Origin: Obrimoposthia wandeli
Taxonomy: Eukaryota
Length of the DNA stretch: 64,000 nt
Assembly: GCA_977020255.1 (NCBI GenBank)
Contig: CDROCS010000666.1
Location: forward strand, 1 to 64,000
Direction of reading: 5' to 3'
Part shown: piece after piece, positions 36,443 through 46,131 of the stretch
How the letters are laid out: every line of letters begins with the position of its first letter
How positions within the stretch are numbered: position 1 is the first letter of the stretch
The notes under the pieces: model-generated
What the model was told of the DNA's origin: nothing
The model's database searches: none
Seen by the model: the letters and a program-made list of their open reading frames with translations, nothing else
Made by a program: the position numbers and the translations under genes

Positions 36443-37087
36443 ATGCAAATAACAGAATGGATGACATTTATTGTCGCAATCTCAGTACTTACGATTACAC
36501 CAGGATTAGACACTGTACTTGTGATTAGAAATACCAGCCGAGGTGGCTGGAAAGATGGGGTAACCAGTAGCTTTGGTATTTGCAGCGGCTTATTTGTGCA
36601 TGCAACGCTTTCTGCCGTGGGTATATCCTTTATCTTGGTACAATCTGCGTGGCTATTTCAAACGGTTAAAATTATTGGTGCGGCATACCTTATTTACCTT
36701 GGTATTTGTAGCTTACGAAGCGGCTGGAAAGCAGGTTCTTTAGGGATTGTGGCAAATCAAATAAGTGACAATCAATTCAATATGAAGCGATCTTTTTCTG
36801 AAGGCTTTCTGTCAAATGTGCTAAACCCTAAAACCGCTATTTTTTATCTCGCTTTTTTGCCTCAGTTTATTAACCCCGAAGGATCTGCCATTACACAATC
36901 TTTCATTCTTGCTGGTATCCATTTTATTTTAGCGATGGTGTGGCAATCATCATTAGCCTTCGTCATAGAGCGAGCAAAAAGTTGGTTAGCCAAGCCAAAA
37001 ACAAATCAATGGCTTCAGTCTTTAACAGGCTGTGTAATGGTCGGGCTAGGCTTACAGCTATTATTGAGCAAAAACGTTCGCCTTTAA
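36443..37087 (+). CDS. LysE/RhtB family translocator
   Basis: ITPGLDT, F.EGFLSNVLNPK. Confidence 0.93.
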   Translation: MQITEWMTFIVAISVLTITPGLDTVLVIRNTSRGGWKDGVTSSFGICSGLFVHATLSAVGISFILVQSAWLFQTVKIIGAAYLIYLGICSLRSGWKAGSLGIVANQISDNQFNMKRSFSEGFLSNVLNPKTAIFYLAFLPQFINPEGSAITQSFILAGIHFILAMVWQSSLAFVIERAKSWLAKPKTNQWLQSLTGCVMVGLGLQLLLSKNVRL

Positions 37088-37091
37088 CGAT

Positions 37092-37357
37092 TATACCCAA
37101 GCTACCTCAAGATGCAGGATTCAGAGTGATCTCAGCGTATTTAATTCAAGGGAAATGTGTGTAGGAATGGCATTCCCTTTCAAACACATTTGACACAGAA
37201 GTAGATACGCTGAATCACTCCCGAAGGGCGAGTTTTGTTAGGCTCTATGCGGTGTTACTTATTTTCAACGTAGAACGACTAGGTCTATAAATAAGTGCCT
37301 TGCCTAGAGTCTAACAAATTCTCGCTGAAACGAGCATCTTGAGATAACTTGGGTATA
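37092..37357. repeat. ERIC-like MITE, 266 bp, copy 2
   Basis: Near-identical to 17536-17801; TATA ends. Confidence 0.88.
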
Positions 37358-37542
37358 TACCCAACTACTGATAAAACCAGCATTAAATAGGCCTCGCATT
37401 GTTTGCGCTAGAAATGAAAATGTTAAATCTAACATTGCCAGCTCTACCGCAAACACTGTTGATTAATACACAGAATATTTTACTCTCCCTCTTGTTCTCG
37501 CATATCGTCACTGGCGCACATTAGTACAGCCAATTCTATTAG

Positions 37543-38448
37543 GTGAACGGAGAACTCAGTTTGAAACTTTCTAAGCTATCAATAGCTATCGCACTTACAT
37601 CGACCGCCTTTAATCCTTTCTACTCACACAATGCAAATTCAAATACATTGATGCAAGCGAAGCACTTTGATCAAGCCAATTTCCTCGATTCACCTGCACT
37701 CAAAACACGCGAAGATATAACCGATTATTTAGTCAGTGAGAAATTAGACGGCATACGTGCGTATTGGAATGGCAAAACCTTACTGACTCGCAGTGGAAAA
37801 ACCATTCATGCACCCAATTGGTTTACCAGCCCATTACCCAATATCGCTTTGGATGGTGAACTGTGGGTAGCAAGAGGGAAGTTTCAGCAAGTAGCCCAAA
37901 CAGTATTAGATAACAAACCAAACGACGATCAATGGCGCTCTATTAAATTCATGATCTTTGACCTACCCTCGAACTCAGCAGCTTTTGAACATCGCTATCA
38001 ACAATTACTTGAGAACAGTGGTCTTAGCAAAATTACACACGTCAGTATTGTGCAACAAAAAATCGTGACCGATATGACGGCATTAGAAATGTGGCTAAAA
38101 ATGTTAGATGAAAGCAACGGTGAAGGATTAATGTTGCACCATCGTTATAATGGCTATCATCCCGGACGAAGTGATAACTTATTAAAACTCAAATCTTATC
38201 AAGATGCAGAAGCAACTGTTATTGGTTATACGGAAGGAAATGGTAAATACGACGATAAAATGGGCGCTTTATGGGTGGTAACGCCTGATAACATTACGTT
38301 TAAAATTGGCTCTGGCTTTAAAGATTTTGATCGTGAGAATCCGCCCGCAGTCGGTACAACCGTTCTCTTCCGTTATAATGGTGTGACAAACAGTGGCATT
38401 CCACGGTTTGCGCGATTCATTCGGGTACGTGATGACCTCGATATTTAA
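37543..38448 (+). CDS. ATP-dependent DNA ligase, minimal periplasmic LigE type
   Basis: SEKLDG motif I, LDGELW, EGLML, LLKLK; signal-like N-terminus. Confidence 0.93.
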   Translation: MNGELSLKLSKLSIAIALTSTAFNPFYSHNANSNTLMQAKHFDQANFLDSPALKTREDITDYLVSEKLDGIRAYWNGKTLLTRSGKTIHAPNWFTSPLPNIALDGELWVARGKFQQVAQTVLDNKPNDDQWRSIKFMIFDLPSNSAAFEHRYQQLLENSGLSKITHVSIVQQKIVTDMTALEMWLKMLDESNGEGLMLHHRYNGYHPGRSDNLLKLKSYQDAEATVIGYTEGNGKYDDKMGALWVVTPDNITFKIGSGFKDFDRENPPAVGTTVLFRYNGVTNSGIPRFARFIRVRDDLDI

Positions 38449-38903
38449 AGTTGGCGTAGAAACAATAAACACTTCTAACCGTAGATATAACGATACTGTC
38501 ACTATTTCGCTCGTTATTAGCCTAAACCTCAACACAATAATCTGGCGAAATTAGATGAAATAGCAGTGATTATTTTCAATTATTACTGGCCACGGTTTTA
38601 AAAAACCATACTTTCGTCTGTTTTACTGACTGTATGCTTTAGTTTACTGATAACATTATCATAATCGCAAGCAGGATTTAACATCTTAGTTACACTTAAC
38701 GTATCTGGTTATACCAAGATTTATCACTAGATAAAGTGGTGTTAACAGCAAGATTATGTATCGCTAAGAACATTCCCAGAACAGAACTTCAGATAATAAC
38801 CATGAATAGCGATCCTAAAGCCACATAGTTCTCGGTATCACCTTTGGCGTTTATACGTTATTTGCTGCCTTCTGCTGAAGCGTAGCATCAGAAGGAGCTT
38901 GAG

Positions 38904-39995
38904 ATGAATGTTCAGGCATTACCCATGCATCGGTTTATAGACCACCATGGTAACCCCGTAGGTCAACTCCCAGCTTGGGCTGATCAGTCAACATTGAAAG
39001 GGTTTTACTGCGACATGGTATTAACCCGAATTTATGATAATAAAGCTGTCGCCCTTCAGCGTACTGGTAAGTTAGGCACCTACCCCTCTCATCTTGGCGC
39101 AGAAGCCATTGGCATTGCGATTGGGCGTGCTTTACAAGCCGATGATGTGTTCATCCCTTACTACCGTGATATGCCTGCAATGTGGGCGCGTGGCATTGCG
39201 ATGGAAAAGAACCTGCAATATTGGGGGGGCGATGAAAGAGGCAGTGATTTCCATTCACCCAATCATTCACATTGCCGAGACTTGCCCTTTTGCGTTCCTA
39301 TCGCCACACAATGTACCCATGCTGTCGGTGTTGCATCCGCATTAAAAATTGAAGGGAGTCACAAGGCTGCATTGGTCACCTGTGGTGATGGCGCTACATC
39401 AAAAGGTGACTTCCTCGAATCAATCAACTGTGCAGGTACGTGGAATATTCCACTAGTTTTTGTGGTGAATAATAACCAATGGGCAATCTCTGTACCACGA
39501 CGCCTGCAATGTGGTGCTGATTTCTTATCAGAAAAAGCCAAAGGCGCGGGTATTCCGGGGTTAACGGTTGATGGTAACGACATCGTCGCGATGTTTGATG
39601 CAGTGCAAATCAGTTTAGACCGCGCACGAAAAGGAAAAGGAGCGACATTAATTGAAGCCATCAGTTATCGATTAGGCGACCATACTACCGCTGATGACGC
39701 GAGTCGCTACCGGAGTGAAGATGAACTTCATGAAGCATGGGGGTTCGAGCCCATTAGCCGTTTAAAAACCTATTTAATGCGTCAGGGGTTATGGTCAGAA
39801 CAAGACGATGAACAATGGCAAGAACACTGTAAAGAAGTGGTAGAACAAGCCGTTGAACGTTATCTCAATATCCCTGTGCAAGCGCCCGAAACGGCTTTCG
39901 ATTTTCTTTATGAGTCCTTAAATACCGAACTGCATCAACAGCGTGACGAATTAATCAATAAAGCAATGCGGATGCAAGGAGGCAAACATGGCTGA
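38904..39995 (+). CDS. pdhA: 2-oxoacid dehydrogenase E1 alpha (PdhA/BkdA type)
   Basis: GDGATSKGDF TPP motif; YRLGDHTTADD. Confidence 0.93.
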   Translation: MNVQALPMHRFIDHHGNPVGQLPAWADQSTLKGFYCDMVLTRIYDNKAVALQRTGKLGTYPSHLGAEAIGIAIGRALQADDVFIPYYRDMPAMWARGIAMEKNLQYWGGDERGSDFHSPNHSHCRDLPFCVPIATQCTHAVGVASALKIEGSHKAALVTCGDGATSKGDFLESINCAGTWNIPLVFVVNNNQWAISVPRRLQCGADFLSEKAKGAGIPGLTVDGNDIVAMFDAVQISLDRARKGKGATLIEAISYRLGDHTTADDASRYRSEDELHEAWGFEPISRLKTYLMRQGLWSEQDDEQWQEHCKEVVEQAVERYLNIPVQAPETAFDFLYESLNTELHQQRDELINKAMRMQGGKHG

Positions 39996-40971
39996 TATGA
40001 CGTTACTTGAAGCGGTGAACCTTGCTCTACATCATGAGATGGAACACGATCCTAAAGTGGTTGTATTGGGTGAAGATGTCGGCGACAACGGCGGCGTATT
40101 TCGCGCAACGGTTGGGCTTAAAGCTAAGTTTGGTCTAAAACGTGTTATTGACTCGCCATTAGCCGAAGCATTAATTGGTGGCGTCACAGTTGGTATGGCA
40201 TCACAAGGTTTACGACCTGTTGCAGAGTTCCAATTTCAAGGGTTTGTTTTCCCCGCGATGGAACACCTTATGTGCCATGCTGCACGAATGCGAAATCGAA
40301 CACGAGGCCGGCTTACCTGCCCTGCTGTTTTCCGTGCTCCTTTTGGTGGGGGTATACACGCACCAGAACATCACTCTGAAAGTATTGAAGCATTATTTGC
40401 TCATATCCCAGGGTTTAAAGTCGTTATTCCATCGTCACCTCAGCGTGCATATGGCTTATTACTTGCCTCTATTCGTAGCAATGATCCTGTCATGTTTTTT
40501 GAACCGAAGCGTATTTATCGAACCGTCAAATCAGATGTGAACGATAACGGTAAAGCCTTACCCCTAGATACGTGTTTCACACTGCGCAAAGGTCGCGATC
40601 TCACCTTAGTCACTTGGGGGGCATGTGTTGTGGAATCATTACAGGCAGCGAGTACCCTTTCGTTGCAAGGTATAGAGGTTGAAGTGATTGATCTGGCGAG
40701 TATAAAACCTATCGATATGGCAACGATTATTCATTCATTAGAAAAAACTGGTCGCCTGCTTGTGGTGCATGAAGCGAGCAAAACCTGTGGTGTAGGTGCA
40801 GAAATATTAGCGCGCACAGCAGAACATGCGATGTGTTTATTAAAAGCGCCACCGAAACGCGTAACGGGAATGGATACCATCATGCCTTATTATCGCAATG
40901 AAGATTTTTTCATGATTCAGGAAGAAGACATTGTGATAGCTGCGCGAGAATTAGTGGAGGGTTGGAAATGA
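39988..40971 (+). CDS. pdhB: 2-oxoacid dehydrogenase E1 beta
   Basis: GEDVG..GGVFR, DSPLAE, PEHHSES. Confidence 0.93.
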   Translation: MADMTLLEAVNLALHHEMEHDPKVVVLGEDVGDNGGVFRATVGLKAKFGLKRVIDSPLAEALIGGVTVGMASQGLRPVAEFQFQGFVFPAMEHLMCHAARMRNRTRGRLTCPAVFRAPFGGGIHAPEHHSESIEALFAHIPGFKVVIPSSPQRAYGLLLASIRSNDPVMFFEPKRIYRTVKSDVNDNGKALPLDTCFTLRKGRDLTLVTWGACVVESLQAASTLSLQGIEVEVIDLASIKPIDMATIIHSLEKTGRLLVVHEASKTCGVGAEILARTAEHAMCLLKAPPKRVTGMDTIMPYYRNEDFFMIQEEDIVIAARELVEGWK

Positions 40972-42131
40972 AGTCATTTATGCTACCTGACCTCGGCGAA
41001 GGGCTAGCCGAATCTGAAATTATTGAATGGCACATTAAGTCTGGTGATGTGGTTAAAGTTGATCAAATCGTTCTTACCGTTGAAACAGCCAAAGCCACCG
41101 TCGATATTCCTGCCCCTTACAGTGGAAAAATTATTAGCCGTTACGGTAAAGAAGGTGATGTGATAAATATAGGTAGCCTATTGCTAGAAATTGAAGAAGT
41201 GGGCGCAACTGCGCAATCTGCTATATCAACAACAGCATCATCAAAAGCCGCCCAGAAAGAAGATGCTGCCACTGTGGTCGGCAATGTATCACATCAAAGC
41301 CATCACGTTGATATCGATGATTTTTGGGTTGGCGGCGATCAGAACACCACTTCTGAACACATTATTACGGCAATGCCCTCTGCACGATTATTAGCACAAC
41401 GATTAGGCGTCGACTTACACGGTATTGTCGGAAGTGGCCCTGATGGTTTAATCGTCGATGCCGATATTTATAATGAATGCGATAAACAACTGCCAGGCAC
41501 TGAAGTACTAAAAGGTGCAAGACGAACCATGGTTAACACGATGGCAGAATCTCACCATAATGTTGCCGCGGTTACTATTACAGAAGAAGCCTTATTAGCT
41601 GATTGGTTAGCCAATGAAGACATTTCTATTCGTTTGATACAGGCCGTTATTAACGCCTGCCAACAAGAGCCAGCCCTGAATGCATGGTTTGACGCTGAAA
41701 CAATGACACGCTGTGTACACAGTACCGTTAATGTTGGTATTGCCGTCGATAGTGCCCATGGGCTTTATGTACCTGTATTGCGCCATGCTGACGAATATAG
41801 CCCTAAAGGGGTTCGTCAATGGTTAGATAAAACGGTGAAAGGTATTCGAGATCGAAGAATTGGTCGCGAACAACTACAACACGCCACCATAACAGTGTCT
41901 AATTTTGGTGCGATTGCAGGTATTTATGCAACCCCTGTTGTTTCTCCACCCCAAGTCGCCATTGTGGGGGCTGGTAGAATAATCGAAAAAGTCATCATAA
42001 AAGATGGGCAACCGATAGCGGTTAAAGCGATGCCTTTATCCATGACATTTGACCATCGATCTTGCACGGGAGGCGAAGCAGCGCGTTTTATAAAAGCACT
42101 GGTTAAACACTTACAACAAGCCACGGTTTAG
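40968..42131 (+). CDS. Dihydrolipoamide acyltransferase E2
   Basis: One lipoyl domain ETAKA, PSBD, DHR catalytic motif. Confidence 0.93.
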   Translation: MKSFMLPDLGEGLAESEIIEWHIKSGDVVKVDQIVLTVETAKATVDIPAPYSGKIISRYGKEGDVINIGSLLLEIEEVGATAQSAISTTASSKAAQKEDAATVVGNVSHQSHHVDIDDFWVGGDQNTTSEHIITAMPSARLLAQRLGVDLHGIVGSGPDGLIVDADIYNECDKQLPGTEVLKGARRTMVNTMAESHHNVAAVTITEEALLADWLANEDISIRLIQAVINACQQEPALNAWFDAETMTRCVHSTVNVGIAVDSAHGLYVPVLRHADEYSPKGVRQWLDKTVKGIRDRRIGREQLQHATITVSNFGAIAGIYATPVVSPPQVAIVGAGRIIEKVIIKDGQPIAVKAMPLSMTFDHRSCTGGEAARFIKALVKHLQQATV

Positions 42132-42160
42132 CTGGTTTAGCCTAAAAATCAGAACATATA

Positions 42161-42186
42161 AAAAGCGGCAATATAGCCGCTTTTTT
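42161..42186. terminator. Bidirectional terminator
   Basis: aaaagcggc/gccgctttt. Confidence 0.8.
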
Positions 42187-42213
42187 AGTCAAACTGTATA
42201 ATCAGCAGGTCTA

Positions 42214-43209
42214 TTACACTGAGCGGATCAATTCAGGCATGATCTCAAAAAGATCGCCCACCAGCCCATAATCTGCAATTTGAAAAATAGGCGCTTCAGG
42301 ATCACTGTTAATCGCCACAATCACTTTTGAATCTTTCATTCCAGCTAAATGCTGAATAGCACCAGAGATACCGACAGCGATATAAAGATCAGGCGCAACA
42401 ATTTTACCCGTTTGCCCGACTTGTAAATCATTCGAAACAAAACCCGCATCAACAGCAGCACGTGAAGCACCAATAGCACCTCCCAGTTTGTCTGCAAGCT
42501 GTTCAACGAGCGCAAAACTTTCTTTACTGCCTAACCCTCGCCCACCTGAGATAACAACGCTAGCCGCAGGTAATTCAGGCCGTGTACTTACCACTTTCTG
42601 CTGCGATACAAATTCGGACGATTCTGCCGGAATATAATTATCTAACCGCTTCATTTCAATGCAAAACGCCTGAGGTGGCGTGACACTGTCACCAGTGGCA
42701 ATTGCATCAAATGCTGCACTGCGAATTGTCATTACTTTAATGGCGTCGTTAGATTTCACTCTTGCTAACGCATTGCCTGCATAGATAGGACGAATCACAA
42801 CGTCTGGTGATTCTATGCCAATCACATCCGACAACTGCCCTACATCCAATAAGGCAGCAACACGCGGCGTTATATTTTTACCAAAGGTTGTGGCTGGCGC
42901 TAATATATGTGAATAGTCATTGCCTATATGTTCTTTACAAACATGGACAATTAACGCCGACACATTTTCGGCTAATAAGTGTTGATAAACATTTGAATTA
43001 ACCACTAGCACATTACTAACCGCACTAATGTGACGGATTGATTCAACCACTGATTCGCAATGAAAGCCAATCACTAATACCGTGATTTCCACTTGTTTAT
43101 TTTCAGACATTATCTCTGTTGCAGCATTGATGGTTCGTAATGTATCAACTGACACCGATTTATTATCATGCTCTGCAATAACAAGCGTTGCTAATTTTTT
43201 TTCGCCCAT
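42214..43209 (-). CDS. etfA: Electron transfer flavoprotein alpha subunit
   Basis: SGGRG, QVGQTG, GISGAIQH. Confidence 0.96.
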   Translation of the reverse strand: MGEKKLATLVIAEHDNKSVSVDTLRTINAATEIMSENKQVEITVLVIGFHCESVVESIRHISAVSNVLVVNSNVYQHLLAENVSALIVHVCKEHIGNDYSHILAPATTFGKNITPRVAALLDVGQLSDVIGIESPDVVIRPIYAGNALARVKSNDAIKVMTIRSAAFDAIATGDSVTPPQAFCIEMKRLDNYIPAESSEFVSQQKVVSTRPELPAASVVISGGRGLGSKESFALVEQLADKLGGAIGASRAAVDAGFVSNDLQVGQTGKIVAPDLYIAVGISGAIQHLAGMKDSKVIVAINSDPEAPIFQIADYGLVGDLFEIMPELIRSV

Positions 43210-43232
43210 TAGGTCGCTCCTAGCAGCGTACG

Positions 43233-44036
43233 TTAAATAACCTTGGCTTCATTTTTCAGCTTTTTTACCAGCTCCGATACGCTATTAACCATCACGCCAG
43301 CGGCCCGCTCAGGCGGCGACATTACATCAAGTATTTCTTGATGCTGAGTAACAGCCACACCTAACTCATCTGGTGTTATCACATCTAACGGTTTTCGTTT
43401 TGCTTTCATAATATTGGGAAGAGAGGCATAACGGGGCTCATTTAAACGCAAGTCAGTACTGATAATTGCAGGTAGGTTCAATTTTACCGTTTCAAGACCA
43501 CCATCAATTTCACGAGTAACAAGTACGGCACCACTCTGCCCATTCGATTCAGATACAGGAGATTTTTCAGATACAAGGGGCTCTTCTGACACAACGGTTA
43601 CTTCTGATGCGAATGTGCCTTGGGGGCGCTGCGTAATGGCCGCTAGCATTTGCGCCACTTGATTATTGTCGGTATCAATCGATTGCTTACCCAATAATAC
43701 AATGCCCGGTTCTTCAATCGCCATCACAGCTCGCAGTAATTTAGCCACAACGAGTGGCTCTGGTGAAGGTGGCATATCAATATGTACAGCGCGATCGGCA
43801 CCCAGTGCCAGTGCTGTTCTCAATTGTTCCTGACAGCTTATATCACCTATTGATACCACAATAATTTCTTCTACATGCCCTGCTTCTTTTAGCCTGACCG
43901 CCTCTTCTACCGCTATTTCACAAAAGGGGTTCATGGTCATTTTTACATTATTAGTTTCGACACCTGAACCGTCACTTTTCACCCTAATCTTTACGTAAGG
44001 GTCAATCACACGTTTAATCGCTACTAATACTTTCAC
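43233..44036 (-). CDS. etfB: Electron transfer flavoprotein beta subunit
   Basis: MNPFCEIAVEEA, GKQSID, EPRYASL. Confidence 0.96.
   Translation of the reverse strand: MKVLVAIKRVIDPYVKIRVKSDGSGVETNNVKMTMNPFCEIAVEEAVRLKEAGHVEEIIVVSIGDISCQEQLRTALALGADRAVHIDMPPSPEPLVVAKLLRAVMAIEEPGIVLLGKQSIDTDNNQVAQMLAAITQRPQGTFASEVTVVSEEPLVSEKSPVSESNGQSGAVLVTREIDGGLETVKLNLPAIISTDLRLNEPRYASLPNIMKAKRKPLDVITPDELGVAVTQHQEILDVMSPPERAAGVMVNSVSELVKKLKNEAKVI
43548..43601. repeat. In-frame 18-bp tandem repeat (3 units) inside etfB
   Basis: ttc(a/t)ga(t/c)aca at period 18, encoding VSEEPL VSEKSP VSESNG. Confidence 0.75.
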
Positions 44037-44252
44037 AATGCCTTCCTTTTAAAATTGGATGCTGTTCGTGTAAGCCTTAATCCTATGATTTATCACTGTC
44101 GGTGTTTTTCAGTGTTGTTTTTTCAATGCTGTTGTTTTTCAAAATCGTTACTTGGCAGGTATACCGTGCTTTGAATGGCTATTTTTGAGTTAATCTATGC
44201 TTTTCAAGAAATAATACAGTAAAAACTACGTTACCTTTTGAGCCTAGTTTAA

Positions 44253-44268
44253 TTTACGTTTACGTCAA
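44253..44268. promoter_or_regulatory. LiuR operator between etfB and etf-QO
   Basis: TTTACGTTTACGTCAA; same motif as upstream of liuR. Confidence 0.8.
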
Positions 44269-44317
44269 CTGGACTATATTTAATGTTATGTCAGTCATGT
44301 AGGGACAGGTTTACAGC

Positions 44318-45994
44318 ATGGATAGAGAATATATGGCGTTTGATGTTGTGATTGTTGGTGCTGGCCCCGCTGGCTTAGCCGCTGCTTGTCAGCTTGCCCA
44401 ACTCAATCAGCAAGCAAACAAAAAAGGACAAGACATTAGCATTTGTGTTGTCGAAAAAGGCGCTGAAGTCGGTGCACACATTATCTCTGGTGCGCTATTT
44501 GAAACCCGCGCATTGGATGAGCTATTCCCTGAATGGTCAACAATGGGTGCCCCACTTTCTACGCCAGTGATTGACGATCAATTCATCTACCTGACTAACC
44601 AATATAATCATCTGACGGTTCCACATTTCCTCACCCCTTACCCAATGCATAACACCGATAAAAACCATGTGATAAGTTTAGCCAATTTATGCCGTTGGCT
44701 CGCACAGCAAGCTGAAATGCTGGGTGTAGAAATTTTCTCTGGCTTTGCCGCTGCCAGTATTAATTATGATACAACTGGCGCTGTTACTGGCATTAATACA
44801 TCAGATATGGGACGAGATAAAAATGGTGACCCTAAGCCGAATTTCGAAGCGGGTATCGAACTTAAAGCTAAATACACTATCTTCGCAGAGGGATCACGAG
44901 GGCATTTAGGTAAACAACTGATCGATAAATATCAGTTAGATGCAGAGAAACAACCTCAACACTATGCATTGGGGCTAAAAGAAATATGGGAAGTACCTAC
45001 AGATAATAATCAATCTAATGCTGGTTGTGTTATTCACGCAGCAGGTTGGCCTTTAAGTGAATCAGATACGACTGGCGGTGGCTTTCTTTATCATTTAGAC
45101 GATAACCAGATCGCCGTTGGGTTAATCGTTGATTTGAATTACAGTAACCCTTATCTAAGCCCTTTCGATGAATTCCAGCGACTAAAAAAACATCCCGCTT
45201 TCAGTAAGCATCTTAAAAGTGGACAGCGTATTTCTTACGGTGCGCGGGCTATTTCTAAAGGTGGATTATCATCTTTGCCCAAACAGCAATTTCCTGGCGG
45301 ATTGTTAGTAGGTTGTGATGCTGGCACATTAAATGTAGCCAAGATAAAAGGCAGCCACACTGCGATGAAATCAGGCATGCTAGCGGCAGATGCTATTTTT
45401 GAACAATTACGATGTGGCAATGCTCAAACCGAGCCGGATTATGACTTGTTGTTTGAAGCGTCTTGGCTGTATCAAGAGCTACAAGAATCACGTAATTTTG
45501 GTGCAGAGCTACACAAATTTGGTAGTTTGCTAGGCGGAACACTCGCTGCTTTTGAACATAACGTGTGGGCATCTATTTTTAAGCGTAAAACGCCTTGGAC
45601 AATTACAGATCAACAGGCCGATCATCAGTGCTTAAAAGACATCGCACAATGCCAACCTATTTCCTATCCCAAGCCTGATGGTATATTGAGTTTCGATAAG
45701 CCGTCATCGGTATATTTATCAGGAACACAACATGAAGAAAATCAGCCTTGCCACTTAGTACTCGCCGATAACAACATTCCTATTCATACCCATTTACCAC
45801 GCTATGATGAGCCCAGTCAGCGCTATTGCCCCGCAGGCGTCTATGAAATCATCACTGTTGATGATAAACCTAAACTGCAAATCAACGCTGCTAACTGCGT
45901 ACATTGTAAAACCTGCGACATTAAAGATCCGTCGCAAAATATAACTTGGCACCCACCAGAAGGTGGTGGCGGGCCAAATTATCAGAATATGTAA
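44318..45994 (+). CDS. ETF-ubiquinone oxidoreductase
   Basis: GAGPAG FAD motif; C-terminal CPAGVYE...NCVHCKTCDIKD. Confidence 0.96.
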   Translation: MDREYMAFDVVIVGAGPAGLAAACQLAQLNQQANKKGQDISICVVEKGAEVGAHIISGALFETRALDELFPEWSTMGAPLSTPVIDDQFIYLTNQYNHLTVPHFLTPYPMHNTDKNHVISLANLCRWLAQQAEMLGVEIFSGFAAASINYDTTGAVTGINTSDMGRDKNGDPKPNFEAGIELKAKYTIFAEGSRGHLGKQLIDKYQLDAEKQPQHYALGLKEIWEVPTDNNQSNAGCVIHAAGWPLSESDTTGGGFLYHLDDNQIAVGLIVDLNYSNPYLSPFDEFQRLKKHPAFSKHLKSGQRISYGARAISKGGLSSLPKQQFPGGLLVGCDAGTLNVAKIKGSHTAMKSGMLAADAIFEQLRCGNAQTEPDYDLLFEASWLYQELQESRNFGAELHKFGSLLGGTLAAFEHNVWASIFKRKTPWTITDQQADHQCLKDIAQCQPISYPKPDGILSFDKPSSVYLSGTQHEENQPCHLVLADNNIPIHTHLPRYDEPSQRYCPAGVYEIITVDDKPKLQINAANCVHCKTCDIKDPSQNITWHPPEGGGGPNYQNM

Positions 45995-45995
45995 T

Positions 45996-46036
45996 AAAAA
46001 AGGAGCCCTATGCTTTACCAAGCTAGGGCTCCTTTT
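45996..46036. terminator. Bidirectional terminator
   Basis: aaaaggagcccta/tagggctcctttt. Confidence 0.8.
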
Positions 46037-46131
46037 GAACTTATGCTTCATTAATAAATTAAATGGCAAAAAAACAATCTGGCTGTTTAATCTGGCTATT
46101 TAACAATCAGCAGCACCGTTGTTATTTCGAC

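Noticed and set aside
36940-37164. 74-aa minus-strand ORF
   Set aside because: Starts inside a MITE and is antisense to lysE
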